Assembly (NCBI GenBank): GCA_050173015.1
Contig: JBFXLE010000001.1
Span: 343,087-394,435, forward strand
Direction: 5' to 3'
Length of the DNA: 51,349 nucleotides
Origin: Calditrichaceae bacterium
Lineage (GTDB): Bacteria; Calditrichota; Calditrichia; Calditrichales; JBFXGD01
A program made the translations under genes and the position numbers. Within the stretch, counting starts at the first letter, position 1. Each line of letters begins with the position of its first letter. A model generated the notes under the pieces. That model had not been told where the DNA came from, made no database searches, and saw only the letters and a list, made by a program, of their open reading frames with translations. Of this stretch, positions 36,188 through 46,462 are shown piece by piece.

Positions 36188-38008
36188 TTGTCGATCAAGG
36201 CAGAACGAGGCTCATTCAAAAATTTTCTGGAATATTACAATTACGTCATGGATAAATATTTCAGGAAGGCGCCACCGGTTGCGTCCAACATCTATATCAG
36301 CGGCGAATTGCTTGAAAATGAACATCAGCGGGCAAAGGTGGCGCGCATCTGTCACTTTCCTTCTATAATAAATATTTTGGCGAATGATGAGAGCGATCTT
36401 GTACGCAACGCCGCCCGTAAAAATGAGTTTTGGAACCTCGTGGGACAGTATCAGGATATCATGGGGTTTGATAAGCGTGAGCGTAAAGAATTCGCGATGA
36501 ATGAAGGACAAACAAACGTACTTGTCCTGCTGATGTATGAGGATGATCTTGATATTATAAATGAGCTGCTCAGAAATCCGGTCGTCTCTGTTCAGATGTT
36601 GGTAAAGTATATGAATCTTCTCAAAGCGAGAGGCAACGGGAAAAAAGATGAGCAGATAGCCGAAATGTGCATCCAGGCTCTTAAGGACAAGAAGGAACGT
36701 ATTGTCAGAATTTCTGAAATTAATAAAGTCGCGGAAAATCTGAATAACGAAAAAAATTTAATATTGTTTTTAAATCATTTTGCGGATGAAGATAAGAGTG
36801 TCCGCAAGGCATTATACAATATTCTGATCGATACAAGCCCGCTTCAGCTGAAAAGAATTGTATTCACCAGTCTTGAAAGTAAACATTTTGAGTCGTCACT
36901 TCTGCATTTTGAAATTCTGGCGGAACTTGTTTTTGTGATTCAGAAGAGAGAAGATTTAAAGCGAGCCAATATTTCGGACCTGAATATCAGTGATAATGTG
37001 GTTGCAGACGGTAAATTTCTGACGATTGCTGATTTTTTTCTGCAAATGCTTATCAGAAAACAGGCCATTCTTGTCAAAGCCTGTTCCGATGATTTGACAA
37101 ATTTTGACAATGTGATACTTCTGTCGCACAGTCATTTAAGCGCCAGCCCGGGACTGCGGTCATTAGCCGCGAAACAGCTTTCGCTGGAAGATATTTTTAA
37201 CCTGGTCAATGATGTTTCCACTCCCAGAAAAGTCTTCAACCGTGTCCTGGATATTCTGAGTTATCATTTTGACGAATCTGTAACCAAGCAGGTAAGCGAT
37301 TCTTTTGAAAATGAAAGCCACAGGCTGAGAGAGAATCTAAAAGAACTCGAAATGAGTGTTCAGGCGTATTTTGATATTGTTTTTCAGTCTTTCGGATATA
37401 ACCAGATCAACGAATATCATGATGCCATAAAATCAATTGCCGCCGCGGAGAAGCAATTGCAAAAATTCAGTCATGTATTAAAAAAGAATTTTGGTGAAAA
37501 GCAAAATGAAATGAATCATTTCTTTCTGGAATCCAGAATGTTGTTAAATAATACCGCCCATCAGATTTATTACGATACCAGCCCGAAAATAATTCATGAG
37601 CTGGAATATGTCCGGTCATTAATCGATGAGATTTTTGAGTTGAAGGAAAGAGGGCTTATGACGCTTCGCCCGGGAACGCCGGAAGACATCGAATCAGAAA
37701 TCATGACGCGCGCCCGGACAATATGGAGAAGCGCCATCAGCGCGTATCTCGGCAGGATAAAAGATCTTTCGGAAATGGTTAAGAAAAAAATTATGAAACT
37801 GGCCATGGAGAATGAATCAAGCCAGGAGTTTACCAAAGAGTTGGATAAAGCGGTAGCTGATCTGGAATTTTCCTATAAGCAAAAGGTTGACTGCCATTTG
37901 ACAATTCTCTGCCAGTCATGTAACCGCCGTGGATGTTCGGCGGAAAGATTTCTTTCGGAGACAAGTTTTTTTATCGGAGAGATACTGGATAATTTTGTGA
38001 ATGAATAA
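36188..38008 (+). CDS. Hypothetical all-helical protein with HEAT/LRV-like repeats and a C-terminal four-Cys motif
   Basis: 606-aa ORF with TTG start after GGAGG. Repeat-like LANDESDLVRNAA, LLRNP and DEDKSVRKA. C-terminal CHLTILCQSCNRRGC. Confidence 0.7.
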   Translation: MSIKAERGSFKNFLEYYNYVMDKYFRKAPPVASNIYISGELLENEHQRAKVARICHFPSIINILANDESDLVRNAARKNEFWNLVGQYQDIMGFDKRERKEFAMNEGQTNVLVLLMYEDDLDIINELLRNPVVSVQMLVKYMNLLKARGNGKKDEQIAEMCIQALKDKKERIVRISEINKVAENLNNEKNLILFLNHFADEDKSVRKALYNILIDTSPLQLKRIVFTSLESKHFESSLLHFEILAELVFVIQKREDLKRANISDLNISDNVVADGKFLTIADFFLQMLIRKQAILVKACSDDLTNFDNVILLSHSHLSASPGLRSLAAKQLSLEDIFNLVNDVSTPRKVFNRVLDILSYHFDESVTKQVSDSFENESHRLRENLKELEMSVQAYFDIVFQSFGYNQINEYHDAIKSIAAAEKQLQKFSHVLKKNFGEKQNEMNHFFLESRMLLNNTAHQIYYDTSPKIIHELEYVRSLIDEIFELKERGLMTLRPGTPEDIESEIMTRARTIWRSAISAYLGRIKDLSEMVKKKIMKLAMENESSQEFTKELDKAVADLEFSYKQKVDCHLTILCQSCNRRGCSAERFLSETSFFIGEILDNFVNE

Positions 38009-38188
38009 ATCAGGCCCCATTCTTAAATATTTTATTTAATTATCTAATTATTGTATATTTGAGTTTAAACATTTCCATTTAACGAATAACAATATTGAAC
38101 TATGAATTATTTAATATAGTTAGAACTATTCAATAGTACTTCCTGATTGATATGTCAGGTGTAGTGAAAATTCCGAGGAGCGTTATTA

Positions 38189-40834
38189 ATGCGAAAAGAG
38201 ATTGCTAAAATTTATGATCCGAAAACAGTTGAAGATAAATGGTATCAGTACTGGCTTGAAAAAGAATATTTCAATGCTGATGTTAACAACGAAAAAAATC
38301 CATATGTCATAGTGATTCCTCCTCCCAATGTGACCGCCATGCTGCACATAGGACATGCTTTCAATAATACCATTCAGGATATTCTTATTCGCTACAAGCG
38401 GAAACAGGGTTTTGAAGCCTTGTGGCTCCCGGGAACCGATCATGCCGGTATCGCGACACAAAATGTCGTCGAAAAACAGCTTGCCAAAGAGAATTTGACA
38501 AGACATGACCTGGGTAGGGAAGAGTTCCTTGAGCGGGTTTGGGAGTGGAAAGCAAAACACGGCTCGACAATCATACGGCAGTTAAAAAAACTGGGATCAT
38601 CCTGTGACTGGCGCAGGGAACGGTTTACGATGGATGAGGGATTATCCAACGCGGTAAAGGAAATATTTATCAGGTTATATGAAAAAGGGCTGATTTATAA
38701 GGGTAAATACATTATTAACTGGTGCCCGCGGTGCGCGACGGCCTTGTCCGATGAGGAAGTCGAGCATAAAGATAGTCACGGCCATTTGTGGTATATTAAA
38801 TACCGGGTTAAAGGCGAAAAAAACAAATATGTGATTGTTGCTACCACGCGTCCCGAAACAATGCTGGGTGATACGGCGGTAGCTGTAAATCCTAAAGATG
38901 AACGTTTTAAAGATCTGATCGGGAAAAAATTGATTTTACCCCTGATGGATCGGGAAATACCGGTAATCGCGGATGATTTTGTGGATAAGGAATTCGGAAC
39001 GGGCTGTGTAAAAGTTACGCCCGCGCATGATCCGAACGATTTTATGATGGGGCAGAGACACCGCTTACCACAGATAATTATCATGAATTCTGATGGTACA
39101 ATGAGTGAAAAAGCCGGGAAATATGCGGGTCTAGACCGGTTTACGGCCCGGAATCAGATCGTGCAGGATTTGACCAAGCTGGATCTTCTTGAGAAAATAG
39201 AAAAACACCGTCACAATGTGGGACATTGTCAGAGATGCGGGACCGTTATCGAGCCGTATCTGTCCGAACAGTGGTTTGTAAAAGTCAAACCACTTGCCGA
39301 GAGAGCGCTCAAAGTGGTTGAAGATGGTGAAATTCGTCTGCATCCGCATGAAAGATGGTTTAAGACCTATAAACACTGGATGGAAAACGCCCGTGACTGG
39401 TGTATCTCAAGACAGTTGTGGTGGGGGCATCGGATTCCGGTTTATTACTGCAATGACTGTGATGAAATGATTGTCGCCCGCGAAATGCCGAAATCCTGCC
39501 CGAAATGCGGAAAAACATCATTCCGGCAGGAAGAAGATGTGCTTGACACATGGTTTTCATCATGGCTTTGGCCTTTCTCAACTCTGGGATGGCCGGAAGA
39601 AAAAGCGGAGCTGAAATATTTTTATCCCACTAATACTCTGGTCACCGCCCCGGATATCATTTTCTTCTGGGTCGCAAGGATGATCATGGCCGGTCTGGAA
39701 GTGATGGGCGAAGTTCCGTTCAAAGAAGTGGTTTTTAACGGAATTGTAAGGGATGCCAACGGCCGTAAAATGTCAAAATCTTTAGGAAACGGTGTAGATC
39801 CTCTGGAGATGATTGATTTGTATAGCGCTGACGCGGTGAGGTTCACACTGATCATGCTCAGTTCAGAAGGTCAGGATATCAATCTTGACCGCAAAAACTT
39901 TGAAATGGGCAGGAATTTCTCCAATAAAATCTGGAACGCGTTTCGTTTCCTTGATATGAATATCGATAAGCCGGACACAAATGTATCCGCTTATCAGGAT
40001 GGTTTTGAACTTGCCGACAAATGGGTTCTGAGCCGATTTTATCAGGCAGTGGAAAATACTTCAAGGAATCTGGATCAGTTCCGTATTAATGACGCGTTGA
40101 ATTCGATCTATCATTTCTTCTGGCATGACTTCTGTGACTGGTATCTTGAAATGATCAAACCGCGGCTTTATAATGCGGATGCCGTAAAGGAGAAAAATAC
40201 GGCTCTGGCGGTTGCTTCGTTTGTAATGAAGGGCAGTATGGAGCTTCTTCATCCTTTTGTACCGTTTATTACTGAAGAAATCTGGCAGAAATTTAGCAAT
40301 GATGAACAAAGTATCGTCATTTCACCATGGCCTGAATCGGTTGCTCAAATGAGAGATGTCCATGCTGAAGAGCAAATGGATATCATTCAGGAAGCGATTG
40401 GTTCTATACGCAACCTGAGAGCAGAAATGAATGTGCTGCTCGGCAAGACAATTCATCTGTTTCTGAATGGAACGGAGGATGCATGGAAGATTATAAAAGA
40501 AAACGAGCAGTACTTCAATTCGCTGGCGAAGGTTGAAGCTATCGAAAAAATCCCGGATAATTTTGATAAGAACGACGCGGGGACAGTTGTTGTTAAAGGG
40601 ATCGAATTTTTCATCCCCATGGCGGATTTGATCGACAGGGAAAAAGAGAAAATAAGACTTGAGAAGGAATTAGTCCGGCTGACAGGACTTGAGAAGGCTC
40701 TTAACGGCAAGCTTCAGAACAAAAATTTTCTTGAAAAAGCGCCGGAAAAAGTAGTGCTTGCCGAAAAAGAAAAGCTAAAAAATATTCAGGAAAACTTAGC
40801 AAAGGTAAAAGCAAATTATGAAAAATTTAATTAG
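38189..40834 (+). CDS. valS: Valine--tRNA ligase
   Basis: Motifs PPPNVT..LHIGHA, DHAGIATQ, ATTRPETMLGD, DWCISRQLWWGHRIP and KMSKS, with a C-terminal coiled coil. RBS GAGGAG. Confidence 0.98.
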   Translation: MRKEIAKIYDPKTVEDKWYQYWLEKEYFNADVNNEKNPYVIVIPPPNVTAMLHIGHAFNNTIQDILIRYKRKQGFEALWLPGTDHAGIATQNVVEKQLAKENLTRHDLGREEFLERVWEWKAKHGSTIIRQLKKLGSSCDWRRERFTMDEGLSNAVKEIFIRLYEKGLIYKGKYIINWCPRCATALSDEEVEHKDSHGHLWYIKYRVKGEKNKYVIVATTRPETMLGDTAVAVNPKDERFKDLIGKKLILPLMDREIPVIADDFVDKEFGTGCVKVTPAHDPNDFMMGQRHRLPQIIIMNSDGTMSEKAGKYAGLDRFTARNQIVQDLTKLDLLEKIEKHRHNVGHCQRCGTVIEPYLSEQWFVKVKPLAERALKVVEDGEIRLHPHERWFKTYKHWMENARDWCISRQLWWGHRIPVYYCNDCDEMIVAREMPKSCPKCGKTSFRQEEDVLDTWFSSWLWPFSTLGWPEEKAELKYFYPTNTLVTAPDIIFFWVARMIMAGLEVMGEVPFKEVVFNGIVRDANGRKMSKSLGNGVDPLEMIDLYSADAVRFTLIMLSSEGQDINLDRKNFEMGRNFSNKIWNAFRFLDMNIDKPDTNVSAYQDGFELADKWVLSRFYQAVENTSRNLDQFRINDALNSIYHFFWHDFCDWYLEMIKPRLYNADAVKEKNTALAVASFVMKGSMELLHPFVPFITEEIWQKFSNDEQSIVISPWPESVAQMRDVHAEEQMDIIQEAIGSIRNLRAEMNVLLGKTIHLFLNGTEDAWKIIKENEQYFNSLAKVEAIEKIPDNFDKNDAGTVVVKGIEFFIPMADLIDREKEKIRLEKELVRLTGLEKALNGKLQNKNFLEKAPEKVVLAEKEKLKNIQENLAKVKANYEKFN

Positions 40835-42179
40835 CATTTCACTTCTGCTTATTCTGACTATCATGCTGCCGGTTTTATCCATTGCTCAGGATGAAATCGC
40901 GATAACAGTTACAAATTCAAACCTGGGGCTTATACGCGAAGTAAGAGCGGTGCCCATGGACAAAGGGCTTCAAACCATATATCTGGAAGATATTCCAACG
41001 GGGATAAATCCGGGGTCCGTCCTGATAGAAAGCGCGAATCAGTCTTTCAGCGTTCTTGAACAGAATTATGAATATGATTTGATAAGCGTCGATAAAATTC
41101 TTGATAAGTCGCTTAATCAGGAAATAAGAATTATCCACCCGGATCAGGGGGTAATTGACGGTAAGCTGCTTTCGGCAAATCCCGCGAACATGATTCTTGT
41201 CGACAGTGACGGTCAGATGCAGATTATTCCCCGGAACGGTGAACAAAAGATTTTTCTAAAAGAGTATTCCAAAACAAAAACAAATTTCATAACGCGCCCC
41301 ACACTTGTGTGGAAAGTGAGTTCGGAGAGTAAGGGAGAGAAGAAAGCGCTGCTTTCATACCTGAGTACCGGGCTGGACTGGCAAGCGGACTATGTGGCAA
41401 AATTGAATGAAAATGACACGGAGATCATGCTGGCTTCCTGGGTGACTATCAATAATACTTCAGGGAAAGCATACAAAAATGCCCGGCTTAAATTGATGGC
41501 GGGAGATATTAATCTTGTTAGTGATCGCCGTATATTTCCTGAGCGGTCAATGGTGAAAATGATGGCTAAGGAAACTGACGGGTTTTCAGAGAAGGAATTT
41601 TTTGAATATCATCTTTATTCGCTGCAACGTCTAACCGATCTTGAGCAGAACCAGATAAAGCAAATACAGCTTTTTCCCGAAACAAAAACTAAAGTGCAAA
41701 AAATTTACCGTGTGGACAGCGCCGGTGAGATCCGCGTCTCCGTATTTGTGGTTCTGAAAAATTCTAAGGAGAATAATCTGGGCTTTGCACTTCCCGCAGG
41801 GATTATTCGTTTATATAAAGCAGACGGAAATGAACTGGAGTTTGTCGGCGAAAATAGAATTAAACACACACCAAAGGATGAAAAACTGGAAATTGAGGTG
41901 GGTAAAGCCTTTGATGTTGTGGCGGAGCGGGAACTTCTTGAAACACAGCGAAGAGAAAAACGTTCACAGACACAAAAAATAAGTTATACGCTTCGAAATC
42001 ACAAGAATACGGACATTGAATTAGAAATTATGGAACGTGTAAATCCGTATCAGGAAGTTGAGCTGACTTCGTCCAATTACAAACTCGTCGAGAAAAAAGC
42101 GGATTTTCTGAAATTTAAAGTACCCGTTAAAGCGGATGGAGAGAGTTCTTTAACGATAGAGTATATCAGCAGGTGGTAA
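40818..42179 (+). CDS. DUF4139 domain-containing exported protein
   Basis: Signal peptide. Motifs LEQNYEYDL, PTLVW, LSYL..GL.W.ADY, FEYHLY.L and LPAG..RLY. Overlaps the valS end by 17 nt. Confidence 0.85.
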   Translation: MKNLISISLLLILTIMLPVLSIAQDEIAITVTNSNLGLIREVRAVPMDKGLQTIYLEDIPTGINPGSVLIESANQSFSVLEQNYEYDLISVDKILDKSLNQEIRIIHPDQGVIDGKLLSANPANMILVDSDGQMQIIPRNGEQKIFLKEYSKTKTNFITRPTLVWKVSSESKGEKKALLSYLSTGLDWQADYVAKLNENDTEIMLASWVTINNTSGKAYKNARLKLMAGDINLVSDRRIFPERSMVKMMAKETDGFSEKEFFEYHLYSLQRLTDLEQNQIKQIQLFPETKTKVQKIYRVDSAGEIRVSVFVVLKNSKENNLGFALPAGIIRLYKADGNELEFVGENRIKHTPKDEKLEIEVGKAFDVVAERELLETQRREKRSQTQKISYTLRNHKNTDIELEIMERVNPYQEVELTSSNYKLVEKKADFLKFKVPVKADGESSLTIEYISRW

Positions 42180-42186
42180 TATAATT

Positions 42187-44370
42187 ATGGCTTCTAATGA
42201 TAAAAAATTCAATGAAAAGGAACTGAGAAGCAAAATTCGTAAAGAACTTGAGAAAGAACACGAGACGGATGCTGATCAGAAGTCTGATAAAACGGATGAG
42301 GAAACACGGAAGATAAGGGCGTTTCGCGCTAAGGAAAATTCTTATTTTATGGAGCATTTCTTAAGGAGTGAAATTGAGGAAAAAATTTACTCAAAGTATC
42401 CGGATTTCATTCGTTGCGGCAATCATCTCCAGGAAGTAAAATGGCTTACGCCGCTGGAATTGGAGGATGAATTTGAATTTTACCCTTTCGATGAAACCTT
42501 TTGGGAAAGGTTGACCGGAAAATTCAGGAAAGTAAAACACCCAAAAATTCCGGAATCATCGGAATTGCGGCAGTTAATGAGTGAGTATGCCGAAAAGATT
42601 GAAAAGGAAGCTCAGGAGAGAGTTGAACTTTATCGGGAAAAACTGAAAAAAAATGAACGCAGGCTAACAGGCCGGGCTCATGATAAAATCGTTGAAGATG
42701 AGCAGAATAAATTTTATAAAAAGCGTGGCGGCTATAAAAAATATCAAAACCATATCGGTGAATATCGATGGCTGACGAAAGAAGAGTTTGAGAGTCAGGA
42801 TGAGTTTTTTGAAGAGGTAGAGTCCAAAGGCCGGATACTGTTGAAACGTGTACTCATTGTAATTGCATTGATTCTTGTCGCAGGCATCATCTGGTCTATA
42901 CAAATACTTTCATCTCCCAATGATAATCCCAAAGCATATTTGGTGGTGAGTCTTAATGAAAATCGTGGCCATTTATACATCGATCAGAATCTGGCCGTAG
43001 GATTTAAGGCAAATTCTCCTTATCCGATTGAAACGGGAGAACATGAAATATCACTTATCCGCGCCGGATATATAATCCAGCCAAAGATGTTGCGTATTGA
43101 TGCCGGCAAGGGTGACACGGTGCGAATCGCCTTCGAACTCATTCCTCGTGGAGAAAAGGAAAGCGGTGCCGTTCGTATTCACGCGCCTTATTCAGAAGCA
43201 GCGGTTTTTGTGGACGGTGAATTTCAGGGTACCGTAGGAAATAATCCCATTGTGCATCTTCCCGAAGGGCAGCACACGATTTCCCTGAATAAAGAAAAAT
43301 ATATCTCTTCACCGCGACAACACACGTTCAAGTTGAGTCCCGGCGACACGCTTGATTTGTCCTTTAGTCTGTCCTTGGTCAGATCCATGGGAACCGCCGC
43401 TGTCAGTACATCACCCCAGGCCGTCGGATTAATTGAAATTCATTCGAATATAAAAAATGCCGTCATATTTCTTGATGGCCATGAAACCGATTTCCAGACT
43501 GATTATGTTTTACAAAAAATACCGCTGGGTCAGCACATCATAAAGGTGTATAAAGACGGATATAAATCATATCCTGAAGAAAAAGTGGTAAAGCTAAGTG
43601 AAGATCAAAAACGTGTTAGTGTGGATTTCACGCTTACAAGTACGGCAAAGCCAATCACGATTAGAACTTTTCCGGTGGATGGGGCCATATTTGTAGATGG
43701 TAAATTGGCGGGGACCGGGACTTTCTCAGCGACTTTAACCATGGGTGAACACCGGATTTCATTCGGAGATCTGGAATATTATCAAAAACCTGAGGAACAG
43801 ACCATTGACATTACACCTGATGGCGATGATCATTTTGAATTTTATTATACCAGTGAGTATTATGTCAGTTTTAGTAACAAAGAAGTGGAGCCGGCGTCCG
43901 CTCTCGCAAATATAAATGTGGGATATATGCAGGAAGATGAAAAATTCACTACAAGCCGAAATAATGGCCCCGACATCATGATGAACAATGTTCTCGGAGA
44001 GAGAATCTGGCGTCTTGGGTACGCGTTCCAGTACCGAAACCCACCGGGCACAGACGCGGTTTTATTACGCTTTAAAATTCCGACAACACTTGATCTGAAG
44101 GAGCCGTTACAATTAAAACTCTGGGTGTATAAAACAGGTGAAAACTATCCGCTGGCGATAAGCGGAAAGCCATATTACCGGATATTTATCAATCACACCA
44201 TATTTAAAGATGAAATAATGCCGCGGTACGATGAAAAGGAAGCGGGAGAAAGCAAGTTTGAAGTTTACCGGATCAATAGTTTCCTTAAGCCGGGTTATAA
44301 TACGATCATTATCGCGACATCGGAAAAAGCGTCAGGATTTTTAAATTTATGGAAAGCCCGGATTGAATAA
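42187..44370 (+). CDS. Single-TM protein with charged cytoplasmic N-terminus and about 4 periplasmic PEGA domains
   Basis: TM at about aa 222-240. PEGA-like repeats (A.VFVDG...G......LPEGQHTI.L.K..Y; A.IFLDG....IPLGQHIIKVYKDGY). Confidence 0.82.
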   Translation: MASNDKKFNEKELRSKIRKELEKEHETDADQKSDKTDEETRKIRAFRAKENSYFMEHFLRSEIEEKIYSKYPDFIRCGNHLQEVKWLTPLELEDEFEFYPFDETFWERLTGKFRKVKHPKIPESSELRQLMSEYAEKIEKEAQERVELYREKLKKNERRLTGRAHDKIVEDEQNKFYKKRGGYKKYQNHIGEYRWLTKEEFESQDEFFEEVESKGRILLKRVLIVIALILVAGIIWSIQILSSPNDNPKAYLVVSLNENRGHLYIDQNLAVGFKANSPYPIETGEHEISLIRAGYIIQPKMLRIDAGKGDTVRIAFELIPRGEKESGAVRIHAPYSEAAVFVDGEFQGTVGNNPIVHLPEGQHTISLNKEKYISSPRQHTFKLSPGDTLDLSFSLSLVRSMGTAAVSTSPQAVGLIEIHSNIKNAVIFLDGHETDFQTDYVLQKIPLGQHIIKVYKDGYKSYPEEKVVKLSEDQKRVSVDFTLTSTAKPITIRTFPVDGAIFVDGKLAGTGTFSATLTMGEHRISFGDLEYYQKPEEQTIDITPDGDDHFEFYYTSEYYVSFSNKEVEPASALANINVGYMQEDEKFTTSRNNGPDIMMNNVLGERIWRLGYAFQYRNPPGTDAVLLRFKIPTTLDLKEPLQLKLWVYKTGENYPLAISGKPYYRIFINHTIFKDEIMPRYDEKEAGESKFEVYRINSFLKPGYNTIIIATSEKASGFLNLWKARIE

Positions 44371-44399
44371 TAAATCTTAGAGTATCCAAAAAGCAAATG

Positions 44400-44428
44400 A
44401 AACGCTCTTAACAGAGCGTTTTGTTTTT
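44400..44428 (+). terminator. Probable intrinsic terminator
   Basis: AAACGCTCT-TAAC-AGAGCGTTT is a 9-bp perfect stem followed by TGTTTTT, about 30 nt after the PEGA gene stop. Confidence 0.7.
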
Positions 44429-44452
44429 ATTTGGAATACCCGGTCAGAAAAA

Positions 44453-45784
44453 ATGAAAAAAACGAACACTCTGTTTGAGCAAAATTTTGAGAATTCCCTA
44501 AACCGTCCTCTCGCTGAAAGGTGCCGGCCTGAAAAACTGTCTGAAATCATAGGACACGGGGCACTTATCTCCGAGGATGGAGGGTTGTACAAGCAGATTA
44601 AATCGGGATATCTGCCGTCTTTGATACTCTGGGGGCCTCCCGGAGTGGGGAAAACAACTCTGGCCAGAGTATTGGCATCCGAAATGAATTACTTGTATGA
44701 ACCGATCTCAGCGGTTACTTCGGGTGTCAAAGATGTCAAGGATATCATTGAAGAAGCAAGAAAGCAGATCGGATATTATAATAAGAATACGGTTCTTTTT
44801 ATAGATGAAATTCACCGGTTTAACAAAGCTCAGCAGGACGCGCTATTACATGCTGTGGAAGACGGAACCATCGTTTTGATCGGCGCGACGACTGAAAATC
44901 CCTCGTTTGAAATAAACAGCGCGTTACTTTCAAGGTGTCAGGTTTTAAAGCTTGAACCTCTTGAAAAAGAAGATCTGCTTCATATTATCCAAAATGCCTT
45001 GGCGGGTGATTCAGTTTTGTCGCGATATAAAATAGTTATTGATGGCATGGATGATTTGCTCTATTACGGATCCGGAGATGCCCGACGGACGTTAAATCTG
45101 CTTGAAATAGCCTTTTATATGTCCGACAAAACCGGTGACAAACTGAGCATTAGTGATGAACTCATAAAAAAAGCGGCCAGTCAGAATCCACTTTATTATG
45201 ATAAAAAGGGCGATTATCATTATGACACCATTTCGGCTTTTATAAAAAGTGTCCGCGGCAGCGACCCTGACGGGGCTGTGTACTGGCTGGCCCGGATGCT
45301 TGAATCCGGGGAAGATCCTGTATTTATCGCCAGGCGTTTGATCATCCTGGCTTCGGAGGACATCGGTAATGCCGAACCCTACGCGTTGTCTCTGGCGAAC
45401 GCGGGATTTGAAGCTGTAAAAAATATCGGGATGCCGGAAGCGAGGATTGTTCTATCACAAGTTTGTACTTATCTTGCGTCAGTTCCAAAAAGTAACGCGG
45501 CTTATCTGGCGATTGACAGCGCCATCCGGGAAGTTAAAAATGGAGGTGTTCAATCCGTTCCATTACATTTGAGAAATGCTCCGACTAATCTGATGAAAGA
45601 CCTGGATTATGGAAAAGATTACCGGTATCCGCATGATCATCCCGGGCATTTTATCGGGCAGGACTATCTGCCGAAAAACTTAAAGGGAAAGCGTTTTTAT
45701 TTCCCTACCGATCAGGGAAGAGAAAGCAATTTAAAGGCATATATCGAAGGCAAATGGCCTGATAAAAGGGAGAAAAAGAAGTGA
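44453..45784 (+). CDS. rarA: Replication-associated recombination protein A (MgsA/RarA AAA+ ATPase)
   Basis: Motifs PLAER.RP, LWGPPGVGKTTLA, LFIDEIHRFNKAQQD, GATTENPSF, ISAFIKSVRGSDPD, SEDIGNA and VPLHLRNAPT. Confidence 0.96.
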   Translation: MKKTNTLFEQNFENSLNRPLAERCRPEKLSEIIGHGALISEDGGLYKQIKSGYLPSLILWGPPGVGKTTLARVLASEMNYLYEPISAVTSGVKDVKDIIEEARKQIGYYNKNTVLFIDEIHRFNKAQQDALLHAVEDGTIVLIGATTENPSFEINSALLSRCQVLKLEPLEKEDLLHIIQNALAGDSVLSRYKIVIDGMDDLLYYGSGDARRTLNLLEIAFYMSDKTGDKLSISDELIKKAASQNPLYYDKKGDYHYDTISAFIKSVRGSDPDGAVYWLARMLESGEDPVFIARRLIILASEDIGNAEPYALSLANAGFEAVKNIGMPEARIVLSQVCTYLASVPKSNAAYLAIDSAIREVKNGGVQSVPLHLRNAPTNLMKDLDYGKDYRYPHDHPGHFIGQDYLPKNLKGKRFYFPTDQGRESNLKAYIEGKWPDKREKKK

Positions 45785-46290
45785 TCGAGCATGTAAAAAG
45801 TCTCATTCTGGAAAAATATCTGGAATTTCGCTTCAGAAAAATCAAGAACAGCGACGAGTTGTATGACTTTCCGAAAATGATTCAAAATGTGACACATATC
45901 TTTGTCATACTCTCCGCCGAAAGAGATCTGGAAAAAGAGAATCAGGAGTTTTTGTCAAGTCTGTATAAAATTTTTAGCGAAGCCCGGATATCCACCTTTG
46001 AGCGAAGCAGCCTGAGAAAAGAAGATATGAATCGGCTCGGTGTACCGAATGATCAGTATCTGAAAAATATTCAGGATGAAAAATTTGACCTCGTCATAGA
46101 TTTAAATGTAAAACAGGATAAAATTTGTTCATATCTGACGGCGCTGAGCGGAGCGTCCATGCGCCTGAACCTGACATCCGGAAGATACGATCATATATAC
46201 AACCTCCATATCCGGGGAGGAAGAGAAAATACACCGACCCGTCAATTTGGTAATATTTTAACCTATCTCAAATCACTTAGACAGAAGTAA
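45781..46290 (+). CDS. Hypothetical protein (DUF6913-like; Rossmann-like fragment with FDLVIDL)
   Basis: 169-aa ORF coupled to rarA by a GTGA overlap. Confidence 0.6.
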   Translation: MIEHVKSLILEKYLEFRFRKIKNSDELYDFPKMIQNVTHIFVILSAERDLEKENQEFLSSLYKIFSEARISTFERSSLRKEDMNRLGVPNDQYLKNIQDEKFDLVIDLNVKQDKICSYLTALSGASMRLNLTSGRYDHIYNLHIRGGRENTPTRQFGNILTYLKSLRQK

Positions 46291-46402
46291 TGTAGGAAAT
46301 TCGCAGCCCGATTAAATCTATTCGACATTACAATTTTTTTGAATTTAGTAGAGATGAATACGACATCTCTTGACGGACTTCTTAGAACTGCACTTCTTTT
46401 TG

Positions 46403-46457
46403 TTGATATGGGTATCATGCTTATTTATATTAATGAAACATTACACACTAGTATGTA
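46403..46457 (+). promoter_or_regulatory. Sigma70-type promoter and palindromic operator of hicAB
   Basis: TTGATA (46403-46408), 17 nt, TATATT (46426-46431). Near-perfect palindrome TACACACTAGTATGTA (46442-46457) just before the hicA ATG. Confidence 0.6.
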
Positions 46458-46462
46458 GTTAG

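Noticed and set aside
38009-38188. T-box or other leader upstream of valS
   Set aside because: The 180-nt AT-rich spacer has no T-box consensus or terminator/antiterminator, only weak short inverted repeats.
298-45897. Numerous 60-170 aa ORFs antisense to, or out of frame within, long genes
   Set aside because: They are shadow ORFs fully overlapping well-supported CDSs and show no recognisable motifs.
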